In this document: one piece after another, positions 12,712 through 24,714 of the stretch
Position numbering within the stretch: the first letter of the stretch is position 1
Layout of the letters: each line of letters opens with the position of its first letter
Origin: Sphyrna mokarran
Lineage: Eukaryota
Assembly: GCA_024679065.1 (NCBI GenBank)
Contig: JAGIQG010000003.1
Location: 95,046,001 to 95,110,000 of the forward strand
Direction of reading: 5' to 3'
Length of the DNA stretch: 64,000 nucleotides
Notes under the pieces: generated by a model
What the model saw: only the letters and a program-made list of their open reading frames with translations
Database searches by the model: none
What the model was told of the DNA's origin: nothing
Translations under genes and position numbers: made by a program

Positions 12712-13199
12712 ATCAACATTGTACTGTCCCTTCAAAATCATGCTTCATCATTTTAGTTGTATCAGAAAGTACTTTATGCCCCATATATTCCTAAATGTGC
12801 AGTGTTTTGCTATTTCAGTATTATATAATTTCTATATACAGTGAAATCCTGAATTTATGTGCCCCAATTTAGCATGAATTAGCAATCTATTTCTAAATTG
12901 AAAATAATCTGCCTTTGAGAGAAGTTGTGGACAGAAAACATTTGCTTCCCCCCCTTGCCCAGTTCAGATAAAAGGGGTTCTCGCTAGAGAAAAAACTACA
13001 TTAGACAGTTGCTCAAAAGAGGGAGTACTTCAGAACTAATGGATCATGAAAGTGTTTGTGTAAATAAACATCTGCATTGCCTATTTTAAACTAGCCTGGA
13101 CCTGCCAATCAAAAGGTTTGTAAAAGTTAATGAAGCATGTAGCGATTGTGTAAATGAACAGAGTTCTGACAGATGTCAAGATCGTCTGTAACATAACTA

Positions 13200-13284
13200 T
13201 AGCACCCTGATTTAGCGTGACCCCGCTTCTTTCATGATAACATTTTATGGACCCCAACCATCATGTTATAACAGGGCCATACTG
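13200..13284. mobile_element. Miniature Tc1/mariner-Tigger-type MITE
   Basis: TA flanks on both sides; imperfect inverted ends tagcaccctgatttagcgtga / tcatgttataacagggccatactg. Confidence 0.5.
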
Positions 13285-14149
13285 TATATTCTGCTTACAT
13301 TTTTACTCTTATTCTATTATAATGCCAAAAACGCAGCTTCAGATTAATTTCTTCATTTAATTTGGTATCATCTGCAAATTTACTCAATTCATAATTAATT
13401 TGCAGGTTCAAGTTCTAAATTGGAATCAGTGGGATCCTACCACCATTCCTCACACACCTCACTCACTCCCTCTCCATCCTGACATAACTCAACAAACAGC
13501 TGCTCTAATTTTGGGTTAGTTTCAAGTCTTTTTTTATATAAAGCCCCCACCTCAATGAGCCAGTTTGATAGCCTTCTTTGTGAATTTTGGAAGTTCTTGA
13601 TATGACATGTCATCTCTTCCAAAAGAAGAGTCAAGGAAGTCAAGTCAAGTACGATCTTTCTGTCAAATTTTGCTGGTTTTTAGGTTAACATGTGAACAAT
13701 TTTTAAGATTACTATGACAATCAATTCTCTTATTTGGCCCAATGTTGTTGTGGTGCTTATTTGCACGTGCAAATAAATTTACTATATAAAGCTTGTGGTG
13801 TGGAACTTTATACAACTTTATACATTCAATAATACAAGTATGAAGATTAGTGCATCTCATTACCAGCCCATGTGAGGTTCTATCTACTATTATCATAATT
13901 CGGGCATTTTAATGTCTATGCTCTGATTTGTGATATCTTATCGAGCAAAGAATGTACTCCTGCAATTCCAAAACCATTCTTTTATTTCCAGATATCTTCT
14001 AATTTAAAAATTATTGTGCTAAAAAAGTGCAACTATGTAATTCGAGTTTTTTTTATTTTGAGCAACCTAGTATAAGTTTAAAAATAGGATAGTAAATTAG
14101 ATATTTCAAGAACTGCTATTCAATGACGGTGAATTTGGATTTTAAAATC

Positions 14150-15060
14150 CTTAATTAGCCACAGATGGTTCATCTTTTTATTAATGCATTTTTTTTGATA
14201 GATTTTTGAGTGTTATGAACTAGCTCCTTAAATGTCTGCCACTGCTTCTCTACCGTCTTACTTGTCAAGTTAATTTCCCGTTCCGTTTTATCCAACTCTG
14301 TTTTCATGCCCTTGAATTGCTTTTATTAAAGTTTAAGACATGAGTTTTAAACACAAATTTCTCATCCTCAAACTAAATATAAATTTATCATGCTATGATC
14401 AGTCTTACCTCAAGGGTTGGTTACTATGAGATCACTAATTCTGTCTCATCACATATTAGCAAGTCTATAATAGCCTGTTCCCTGGTTTGAATTAACCTCA
14501 AACATATTGTTCTATGAAGCTGTCATGAATACAATCTATGAAGTCATCCTCCAGGCTATTTCGTTGATTTTCATTTTTCTAATCTATATGAAGATTAAAA
14601 TCTCTACACCTTTCTGACAAGCTTCATTATTTCTTGATTTGTAATCTGACTTAAATTGTAGCTACTGTCAGGGTTGCCTATAAGCCACTCTCACCAATTA
14701 TTTCACATATTTGCTATTTCTAAATTTTGATCCTTGGATCTCAAGTCATTTATCACTATTCTTCTATTCTCATACTCAATTAACAAAGCTACCCTGCCTC
14801 CTCTCTCCCTTTTCTGTCCTTCTTTGGAGATGTCATATTCTTAAATATTCAGGTTACTTTGTAGCCATGTCACTGCAATGCTTATCATTTATTCCTGCTT
14901 ATGCTTACAAGTTATCCATCTTTTGATGAATACTATATCCATTCAGATAAAAAGCCTTTAATTTTGTCTTTTTAACCATTTTTCTTTACTCTGATCTTAT
15001 TTGCTGGTGTACCCTTATGTTTGTTTGCTTAGCCAGAGCGTAACAGGAAGAGATTATCAT
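14150..15060 (-). mobile_element. Degenerate CR1 LINE, internal (endonuclease-side) fragment
   Basis: Blocks such as tatcatgctatgatcagtcttacct and tctataatagcctgttccctggtt are typical of reversed CR1 internal sequence. No intact ORF. Confidence 0.55.
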
Positions 15061-15149
15061 TGCTCACAATTCTACCTGGCTCTAATGCCTTGTTCTTTTA
15101 CTTTACCATTCCCAATCTGCCTTCACTTGAAACTTCAGCAATGCAGCCT

Positions 15150-15490
15150 CCTGGCCCCCCTCTCTCTCTCTCTCTCTCTCTCCCAACCCTCTTAACCCTC
15201 TCCCCCTGTTCCCTTTCCCCCACCCCATCTCCCCACATCTCCACTCCCCCCCACCCTTCCACCTCTTTCTCCTCCATCCTCCTGTCTACCCCTAACCTCC
15301 TCCTCCACACCGTCCTCTCCCACACCCTCCTCTTGCATACCCTCCTCTCCTACACCCCCCTCTCCCTCACTCTCCTCTCCTCCATCCCTCTTCCCCATCC
15401 CTCTCTTCCCAGCCCCCACCCTCTCTTCCGCCATCCCTTCTCCCCCCACCACCCAGCCTCACCTTCAGCCCCCCTCTCCTTCCCTCCAAT
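15150..15490 (+). repeat. Polypyrimidine (C/T-rich) low-complexity tract starting with a (CT)n microsatellite
   Basis: Seen directly. It explains the spurious P/S/L-rich and G/E-rich ORFs here. Confidence 0.9.
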
Positions 15491-16682
15491 GTTGGTAAGC
15501 AGTATATTGAGCAGGAGTGATCCAGGAACCCATACTGAAATTTAGGCTTGCTGGCTAGATACCAAACTCTGCAGAACTGAGACCAATACTTTGAGAGTGA
15601 CTAGCATCTTCAAAGATTTTTTCAAAGAATAGAAATATTATGTAAAAGATAAGTTAGACTAAAGGGTATCTGTAATATGCCATTTTCATTCCAGTCAGAA
15701 AGGGATGCATTGTCCCATAAATTGCCAATAAAGGCCTTTGAAGGAATCAGTATCATTAGCTTGAAAATGTAATGAAGTGTGCTTTGGAGGGAACGGGGCT
15801 GATCGATGTCACAAAAGAGAAGGATAAATGGGTTTCAGAGGAGTCATAAGCTGATGACTATTTGAGATATCAGACTTCATTTGTGTCACTTAAAATTCTG
15901 TATTCTTAGCTAATTTGTAGTTTTATGCATTCATGAATTCTACACATTAGATTCTACTCAGTTCTATCACCTGTTATAACCCTCTCCCATCTTTAAATGG
16001 TAAGTCTGCTTGTCTGACATCTCTGGATCAGCTGGAATTTCCTCCAGCTATTAGAAGATCAAAGCCATTACTTTCAGTCCCTGCCAGAAACTTTGTTCCT
16101 TATCCATTGACTCAATCATTTCCTTGGCAATTGTCTGATACTGAAGAGGACTGTCCATAACCGTGGTGACCTACTTAGCTTAAAGATGAGATTCTGACAA
16201 CATATCATCCACTCTGTCCCAAAACTGCCTATATTTACTTCTGTGAGATTGCCTGATTCCATCCTACCTCAACTCATCTCTGAACAAACCTTCATCCATG
16301 CCTTTGTTACCTCAAGAGTTATTAACTCCAGTGCTCTCTAATACTCGTCAAATTTTGACCACCTGTGTTTGATTCATACCAAGTTCAGTTTCCCTCATCA
16401 TCTGTATGTTTATTGAGCTACATTGTTTCCTGATCTGATGCCTCTCCCAAACCTTGTCAAACTATGCAGCTTTTAAAGATACCTGCATTCCTCCAGTTCT
16501 GGCCTCCTGAGATCTCTGATTTTTGTCAGCTGTGCCTTCAATTCTGAAATCAATTTGTTCTGGAATTCCCTCCTGAAACCCCTCTACCTCTCCACCTCTT
16601 TCCCACTTCAAGATTCTTCTTAAAATCTATCTGTTCAACCAAGTTTTTGATTGCCTATCCTAAGGTCACTGTCTCTGTCTTT

Positions 16683-16970
16683 GTAAAAGGTCTGGCAACA
16701 CCAATTTTAAATCCAACTGATTTATTTGATAGTAAATCTGCTAGCTTTCGGCATTCGTGCCTTCATCAGGTGAATGAGTCTGTGCTGATATGTGTGCTTT
16801 TGGAAACCAAAACACCTCATTCGCCTGACGAAGGCACGAACGCCGAAAGCTAGCAGGTTTACTATCAAATAAATTGGTTGGATTTAAAATTGGTGTCATC
16901 CGACCTCTTACTGAGTTTACCCCAGTCCAATGCAGGCATCTCTACATCATGACTACTATCGACACCGCTA
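16683..16970. mobile_element. Penelope-like pseudo-LTR as an inverted pair (96-bp arms 16683-16778 / 16816-16911) plus tail
   Basis: The arms are reverse complements with 11 mismatches. Tail ccccagtccaatgcaggcatctctacatcatg. Flanking direct repeat tctgtctttgta at 16674-16685 and 16971-16982. Confidence 0.85.
16821..16856 (+). ncRNA. Minimal hammerhead ribozyme motif (Penelope type); mirror copy on the - strand at ~16738-16773
   Basis: CUGACGA-A-[GGC acgaac GCC]-GAAA-GCUA: conserved core, stem II, palindromic AGCU stem III and CUA triplet. Stem I is weak (2 bp). Confidence 0.6.
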
Positions 16971-18049
16971 TCTGTCTTTGTATCAGATTTTACTTGGTAA
17001 ACACTGCTGCGAAAAGCTTGTCATACTTATGGCACTAAATACAAATTACTGTCAAACTGTCTGTTCTCAGGATAACAATAAGGTTTGCATATAACCAAAT
17101 ATTTCTATTGTTTTATTTCTAGTGCTTCTAGTAATTAATTCTAATTTGAAGATTGCTTTGTATTTGATGTTTTATTTGAGCTGATAATAAAAGAAAAAGC
17201 CCTATTTCAGTGCACTCCATTTTATGAACCTTGGCCTGTCAGGCAATACTTCCTTCCTGCTGGCAACTCTTTTGAGTCTTGTTGTTTACTCACTATATTG
17301 CCGCAGGCCCCATATCAAGAAAACATATTTTGCTTTGGCAGTATCTGACATCTTCTATTACGGCTGCCCGTACATACTGTGCAGAAATATTGTATGGCAT
17401 CATGCAGCCTACAGCTCTTAACATAGACAGCATGAATAAAATCAGAAAAAGCAAAATGGAAAATTTCAAAAAAGTAGCTATTTTAATTACTTCCGTGTTG
17501 AGATAAATTAAAATATCTCAATGACAAGTCAGTCAAAAAGCATAGCTGTGAATTATTTAAAAATTGCTTAAAAATCAGCACTGCAAACAGCTCCCAGCAT
17601 ATCGAGAGAATCACTACAGGTTTTGATGGATTATGTTGGCTATGTTCAAATAATTAATAGATCAGAAAATCTTTTCTTTGAATGTGCTATTGGAGTTCTC
17701 CAGTGAGATTTATTGCATCAGCATACGTCTACATAGGATCATAAAATTTTATATCTATATTAATGAGAAGAGATATTACCACTACACTGAAAAATTGAGA
17801 TCCAATTTTCTAGAATTTAAATGAATTGAAATGCTTATGCGCAGTCATGTTATAGATTAATATTCATCTTGTAACATCATGTGATTTTGATCAAGGTCAT
17901 GTGCACTTCGTTGTAATAATCAAAATGTTACTGTTCAATTTTGCATCTGCTTTATTCTGTTGAACTGCATGACAATGACTTAATGTTATTAACATATTTC
18001 TAAATACAGTATTGAGAGATCCTTGTGGTGAATCACTTTGTGGAATTCA

Positions 18050-18740
18050 ACAGCAGCAACAACTCACATTTTGCAGAAAATTGTTAGAAGACACTTCATA
18101 AAAGTGAAAGCAAACAAAAACATACACCTAGCCAATAAAAAATTTGATTGGAGGGGAGGCCAAAGCCTAGGATAAAGGTGGTAGGTTTTTTTGGAGCATT
18201 TTAGCGGTGAAGTGGCTTTGGAAGGGAATTACAAAAAATAGGACTTAGCATGGCTGCTGCAAGTAAGGAAGAGGTGACATACATGAGAGGCCAGAACCAG
18301 TAATATGGAGAGTGCTGGGATGGATATCTCATGGGACAGGATGACATTACAAAAATGGAGAAGGGTGAAATCTGATGAAATTGAAACACAAGGTTGAGAA
18401 TTTAACTTGGAGCTCTTGGGTGAGTGAAAGCCAATGCAGGTTCGTGATTGCAGAGGTGTTGGGTAAGTAAACCTCAGTGTGTGATGGGATACAGAAAGCA
18501 AAGGTATAGGTGAACTTGCATTATTCCAAGGTGAATTAAGAGAGGCCAGTCAGGTGAGTTTTGAAATAATTGTGTCTGGATGTAGGATAAGGTATAGGTA
18601 AGATTTTCAGCATCTGTTGGGCTTTGGCGGGAACACGGATTTAATATTTCTGTTAAAGGTGAAATGAAGAAATCTTTCTGACTGAAAGGAAACTCAGTTA
18701 ATGCTAAAACAGAATACTAAGGTTATGGACTATCTGGATA
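18050..18740 (-). mobile_element. Degenerate L2 LINE 3' region
   Basis: caacagcagcaacaactcacattt tail, ggaagggaattacaa, and gaggccagaacca blocks typical of reversed L2. Confidence 0.65.
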
Positions 18741-19359
18741 AACTTTGGAGAATTTATACACACTTTTTAATAAGATTGTTGATGCACAAATTCTTCAATA
18801 GGCTCCAATACTATAATCATAATTAAAGCATTTATTTGTTAAGAATTGGTTCTATTTAGATTAATAATTAGAATACTGTTCGAAAAAATGTCTCCATCAT
18901 ATTTTGTTACCATGATATAAGTAATTGTTGTCTCCAGCTCAGAAGGAACTATATAGATTAGTTGTATGTATCTATTCTCTATGATGTTTATTTATTTATA
19001 ATGGCACATGAACGGAGCAGTTATAGACAGTATCATTTTCCAGAGCTTACTATCAACTTCTGAGTGAATAAGTTTATTGTCTTTTACACATACTCAAGAG
19101 CACAGTGGTGGTAAATGGATCACCAGTGGTTCTGCAGGCTCATACATGAAACCTGGTTGCTTAAATCAGGTGAAGTAAATTGGTTGCTGCCACAAAACTG
19201 TATTTTGACAACAAATGTCTTTGCGAGTGATGGAGAATGAAAATTCTTAAAGTAATGTCACATATAGATATAACGCAATGATGGAAGAGTTTCTTGATGA
19301 TCAGATTCAGGAAAGAGATGGATCAGTAAATCTCTTATCTTTGCATGACTGAAGAGTCA

Positions 19360-20500
19360 AGAGTTTTTTCTTTCATGGGTTGTGGGTGTCACTGACTAGG
19401 TCAGCAGTTATTGCTCATCCCTAATTGCCCTTGAAAAGGTGGGGTATGTCATTTTCTTGAACAGCTGCTGTCTATGCGCGTAGGTATATCCACATAGTAT
19501 CCCTAGAGTTCAGAAAGAAGCCATCCAGCCCATCAGCTCTGCACTGACTCTCTGACAGAGCCCATGCCATCTCCTCAGTCCTGTGCCCGTAACCCCACAC
19601 ATTTACCATGGCTAAGATCCAGAATCCTGACCCTGTGATGGTGAAGGAGTGGCAATATTGTTCCAAGTCAGAATGTTGTGTGGTTTAGAGGGCAACTTTC
19701 AGTTGTTGGTGTTCCTGTTACCTGTTAGCCTTGGTGTTAGCTGTTTAGGTGGTAGAGATCACAAGTTTAGAACGTGCTGTGGAAGAAGCCTTACTGAGTT
19801 ACTGCAATGAATCTGGAAGATAGCTTACAATACTGCCACTGTGTGCCAGTGATGTAGGGAGTGAATGTTGAAGGTGTTGGCTGGGACCAGTCAAGCAGGC
19901 TGCTTTTGTTCTGGATGATGTTTAATTTGTTGAATATTGTTACAGCTGTATTCGTTCAGGCAAGTCGAGAATTTTTCATCACACTCTTGACTTGTGTCTT
20001 GTAGATGATGGATAGACTTTGGAGAGTCAGGAGAAGAGTTACTTGCTGCAGAATTCCCAGACGCTGGCTACCTCTTGAAGCCATGTATTAATATGGCTTG
20101 TCCAGTTCAATATCTAATCAATGGTAATACCTAAGACGTTGATAATGGGGATTTAGTGATGGTAAAACCCTTAAGTGGCAAGGATGGATAATGGATTATC
20201 TCTTGCTGGAGATGATTATTGGCTGGCACTTGTGTGGCCTGAGTATTGTAGGCCATTTATCAGCCCAAACCTGTCTTGGCCTTGCTAGAAAAGACATGGA
20301 CTGCTTCAGAATCTGGGGAGTTTGTGAATGATGATGAAGAGATGCAATTATCAACAAACTTCTGATCTCATGAAGGAGGAAGGGTCATTAATATAGAAGA
20401 TGGTTGAGCCCAGAACACTCCCTGTGAAACTCTTGCAGCGATGTCTTGAAATTGAGATGAATGATCTCCAATGATCACAATCATCTTGTTTTGAACTGGA
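19360..20500 (-). mobile_element. CR1-clade LINE (family distinct from HER1), 3' ~1.1 kb, with a V-SINE tail inserted at ~19500-19615
   Basis: Reverse of the tail ..cccaccttttcaagggcaattagggatgagcaataa. Coding remnant YKTQVKSVM..RT..NKLNIIQ..AACL. Confidence 0.8.
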
Positions 20501-21186
20501 CATGTCTCTAAATATCATTCCAGGCAATCTGTTAAATGAGATAACCTTTCTGCATAAACCTGAAGAAAGAATATTTTTGTTTCTTCAACTTTCTGTGGGG
20601 GCTATTAAAACCAAGCCAGACTTTGATTTTGCCCCAGAAACACTAACAGAAGCCATTGTTGGATAGGAATGAGATATGGGAATTCTGGAAGTTATGTTGT
20701 GCCCCTGAACAAATAACTCTGAGGACCAATGCGTCCTCCCACCATCAGCCCATACAACAGGAGCCAACTCCAGATAACATAGGGTGTAATTGCAACTTTA
20801 CTGCTTCTGTATTTTTCAAACCACCTCATTTATGCACAATTCTTTTGGGATCCCTGATTTAACTTGGTGAGTGCTCATGCATTTTTAAAAGCTGAACACA
20901 TAACATAGTGTGAACACATAACGTTTGTATCCACAGTTTACGCACTGATGCATTATTTAGAACAGAATGCCATATCCCCTGTGGTGTTGATGAGCCAGAG
21001 GATATCTAAAGTGGGACAGGTAACACACAATGTGCATTATAATGCAAGTCTTCCAATATATCACAGATATATGGTGTGTCTTTCAAATGTTCTTTAAATC
21101 CTTTTTAGTATGTTTTCAATTTTAAAAAAAGTTGATTTCAATGTAGTGTAATTTTATATGTGGCATTCTCTTTCATTCTTGTGCAG

Positions 21187-21282
21187 ATCTTGAAAACTTC
21201 AAAGGAAAGTCAAGAAATAACGTGTCTGTCCGAGAGGGACAAGGAGTTGTGTTGCTTTGTGGCCCTCCACCACATTCTACAG
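21187..21282 (+). CDS. cntn3/cntn4: Internal coding exon (96 nt, phase 1-1) of a contactin gene (Ig-superfamily neural adhesion molecule), CNTN3/CNTN4-like; start of Ig2
   Basis: Acceptor ttctctttcattcttgtgcag| and donor AG|gtattc. Translation (Y)[31 protein letters not shown] matches the recalled CNTN3 segment [32 protein letters not shown]. The 96-nt size and phase match the recalled vertebrate exon. One exon cannot fix the paralog. Confidence 0.93.
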
Positions 21283-22439
21283 GTATTCATTATTATATTT
21301 CACCTGCTGACATCTTGTTTTGGGGAATTTAACCTAATGGGCCTGATATTCCAATATTGTTTGTTGCAAAAATAGTTTGGTTCTGGGATTTATACCCCAA
21401 ATTTCGGGTATAAGTCTTATATATTTGGTCTTATATAGGCTTATACCCATTTGAAAATACCTGGCGTACAGAGTACAAGTAAAGGTGTAATGAGGACATT
21501 GTAACCTTCCCAGCAGTTCAAGTTTTATGCCCCAGATGCACAAATTTTAGCTTAAAAATTTGTGGAATGGGTATCTGTTTGACAGTTAAATTAGAAAGTG
21601 GTTGAGTTCACAAGCTTTGAATGTCTGTAATTTTGGTCTGAATAACCAGAATGGAATAGTTGGAGAAATAAAAATCTCATCCATGCAACTGAATGGGAAT
21701 TATACAACCTGTATTTATGCAGTTCAGTTAGAGATCAGTTTTACTCTGATGTCTTCATAATTAAGCCCCCACTAGCAGGTTCCCATTGGCATAATAGGCA
21801 TTCCCATAAATCAATGGCACATAAGGAAGGATAAAAGGAAATGACAAAGACTTTCAAGATAAAAGCTCCTTGAAGGGATGACTAATTAGGAGAACACCTT
21901 TCTAGCCAGGCTGAGATCCTGACTCACATTTATGCCAGGACATGTTGTCTGTGTCCTCTGTTGGTAATGAAGTCTAAGTTATCTTTCAAAATCATTCTAC
22001 TCCTTCAATGATATTTCAGAAGAAACCTGCTCAAGAAGGCAAAAAATGTAAGGAAACATAGAACTGTGTTCCATTACCATCACCATACCATTAAGAAGGT
22101 GCAAAAAACAGGCTTTTTTCACAATACTGGACTTTATATCTAATGTGGTTTAATTGTGCACGTATATTTTTGCTGCTGTCTGCAGACAACTAGGTCCTGA
22201 ATTCTGACATCCATGTGAAGCCCATCTGGAAAGTTCAAATCAAGTGTCTTCAAGAGAGGGAAATGTTTCACGAAGTTTTACTTTGTTGGGTCCTGGAGAG
22301 AATTTAGAGCTAATGTTACCAGTTAGATCGGAAAAACCTTGAGGGATGCCAATCTGAAGCTCTTAGAGGCTACCTTCCATCATTCTCTCTATACCTTGAG
22401 ACTCATTGGTCAAAACATCTTTTGGATGTTCTAACCAAT

Positions 22440-22477
22440 CTGGTTTTGCCAACTATTCCTGGTTTTGCCAACTATTC
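22440..22477 (+). repeat. 19-bp tandem duplication (ctggttttgccaactattc x2)
   Basis: Seen directly. Confidence 0.9.
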
Positions 22478-24157
22478 TAAGTAGTAAAGCTTTATACCAA
22501 TTTCTTATTTGATATTTACACAGTGATTGGCATTGGACTTAACTTTGGTCCTGCCTTCTGTCTCAAGTGTTCTGGGGCAGTCCTTAGTTTCCTGTCATAC
22601 TGTAATACTTAAGCAGCATCTTTTTAGAGCTATATCCCAGAGCTCTGAATTCACAGGCACTGGAGCCCAGACCTGCTTTCTGCAAGGCATCTATTGCCCA
22701 TCGTCAGATTCATGCTTAACTCTGTTGCCACTCTGATGGTGATGAATGATGAAGACCATATTACTGTAACAGCCAGGAAAGGCATGTAAATACTTTACCT
22801 TGGCTGCACTATTTCCATCATTAAACTTCCTGCGTCATTGCAAAGGATTTGAGAATATAGCACTAACTAATTTTAATGGGATTCTTGCCCTGGAACTCAA
22901 ACAAACCAACTCGCCTGCTCAATTCCACACTAGAGGTTTGCAATGCATTTCTTGGATTTGGTTATCTTCCAGATCATCCAAGTTGTCATCTTGCTGGCAG
23001 ACCAGGTCTTCAGATCTTCCGCAGATATCTTTCAGACACCTTTTCTCTTCTTACCAACTTTTTTCTTACCTTATCACCTTCTTTGAATCCCCTCCCCCAC
23101 CCCACTCTATATATCCCCCTCCCTCACTTCCTTTTTGCCTGGTACTTTTTTAGTGCTCTCCCTTCTACCCATTTATGATTCGCAGAATAATCCCCATAAA
23201 ATCATAATATTATGAGTCTCGCCTAGATACCGCAGACCTGAAACATTGCAGGCTACAGCTGCACAGTTGTTTGTATTTGATTTGACTGCCTGTGAAGTTT
23301 GTGTGTCAGAGAGTGAGGGTGACCAAAGTCCTACTCTGTCACTGTGATCACACCACCAGAATTTCAGACTGATGATTCTTTGCATCAACATAGCAGCATT
23401 CCATTTGTGTAACAAAATTATCCAATTGTTGTAACATAAAGCTGAAGGTCTAACTCTTAAAAAATATTCATTCTCATAAATATGAAACATGCAACAGTAA
23501 TTAATTTAATGAGAGCTTGGTCTGTGCACTCCAGTGCTTGCTTTCATCACTAGTTCCCCTTGACAAATCAAAGTTCAGGGGCAAATAATGGGAATCAGAA
23601 ACATAATGGAAGCAACTTGGTCCTAAAATTGACCTCTGCTGTGAAATTTTAACGTCTTCCAAGACTAAGAATAAATATTATTTATATATGCATAGAAATA
23701 TATGCAAATAAGTTGGAGCAACTGTAAGATGCTACAGCATTAAGTTCTAAATAAAATGTCTAAAAATAACTTTTACTTAGAATTCTGAATAGAAAGATGC
23801 ATAGCATGAAACCTCATTTATATTTGATAAGCCCTGTTAATAAAACAATTCATTCCGGGAGAATTTTTCTTGTGCGCTCTTGCTCAACAAAATCAATTGT
23901 ATATATTATGTGGAAAGAATGGCATCTGGTAATTAGCTTCCAAGTGCTTTTCATTAACATTTTGTTTCTTTTGAGTCTTACATTTCTTTTTAATTTCAGC
24001 GTTATTTCAAAATTATCATTAACATTTGTATAGGTTAGGTTTTTGAAGGAAATTAATTACTGAATTACTTAATACCTTTCCACTGTGAAATACTTAGACT
24101 CTGTTCTGGTACATATTTTTTTCTAAAGGTTTATTTCCACGGCCTCATGAATATCCT

Positions 24158-24450
24158 GAGGTGGCAGATTGGTTGGCACTGCTGCCTCACATCTCCAGGG
24201 ACCTGGGTTCGATGCCCGATTTGGGTCACTGTCTGTGTGGAGTTTGCACATTCTACCTGTGTCTGCATAGGTTCTTCCAGTCACTCCAATTTCCTCCCAC
24301 AGATTAGAGGGATTAACTCTTAATATCCCAGGATGTGTAGAAGGGATTAGCAGGGTAAATACGTGGGGTTATGAGATAGGACCAAGAGGGATTGTGCAGA
24401 CTCGATGGGCTGAATGGCCTCCTTCATAGAGTTTCAATGATTTCTATGAT
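24158..24450 (+). mobile_element. HE1-type V-SINE, tail type A (CR1/HER1-like)
   Basis: Head, V-domain, gtaaatacgtggggtt and tail gactcgatgggctgaatggcctcctt..tctatgat. Confidence 0.9.
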
Positions 24451-24714
24451 CAAATATTTCAGGTTGGAATGATGGTTAAATAGCTTCATTTTATGCTGAC
24501 TTAACGGGGGCTGTCTTCATTTCTGAATATGGATCTGATACTATCGATCAGTTCGCAGCTTTGTAATTGTCAAATGTCGCAGTGTACATTTTAGATAATG
24601 AAATACAAAATAAATGACAGCTTCAAATTACAGTATCAAGGCATGGAATGCAGTGTATTTCGAAGTGCACATTCATATATCTGATGTTAGATCAGCAGTT
24701 TCTAAATGTAAAAT

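Larger units (their letters stand above)
16180..17050 (+). mobile_element. L2 LINE 3' end, interrupted by a Penelope insertion
   Basis: KTAY.....IA.. and ttcatccatgcctttgttacctcaaga (IHAFVTSR, L2 motif), then ctggaattccctcc. The 3' UTR resumes after 16982. Confidence 0.75.

Noticed and set aside
15060-15545. 161-aa Pro/Ser/Leu-rich ORF and antisense Gly/Glu-rich ORFs
   Set aside because: A low-complexity C/T tract lacks stop codons by composition.
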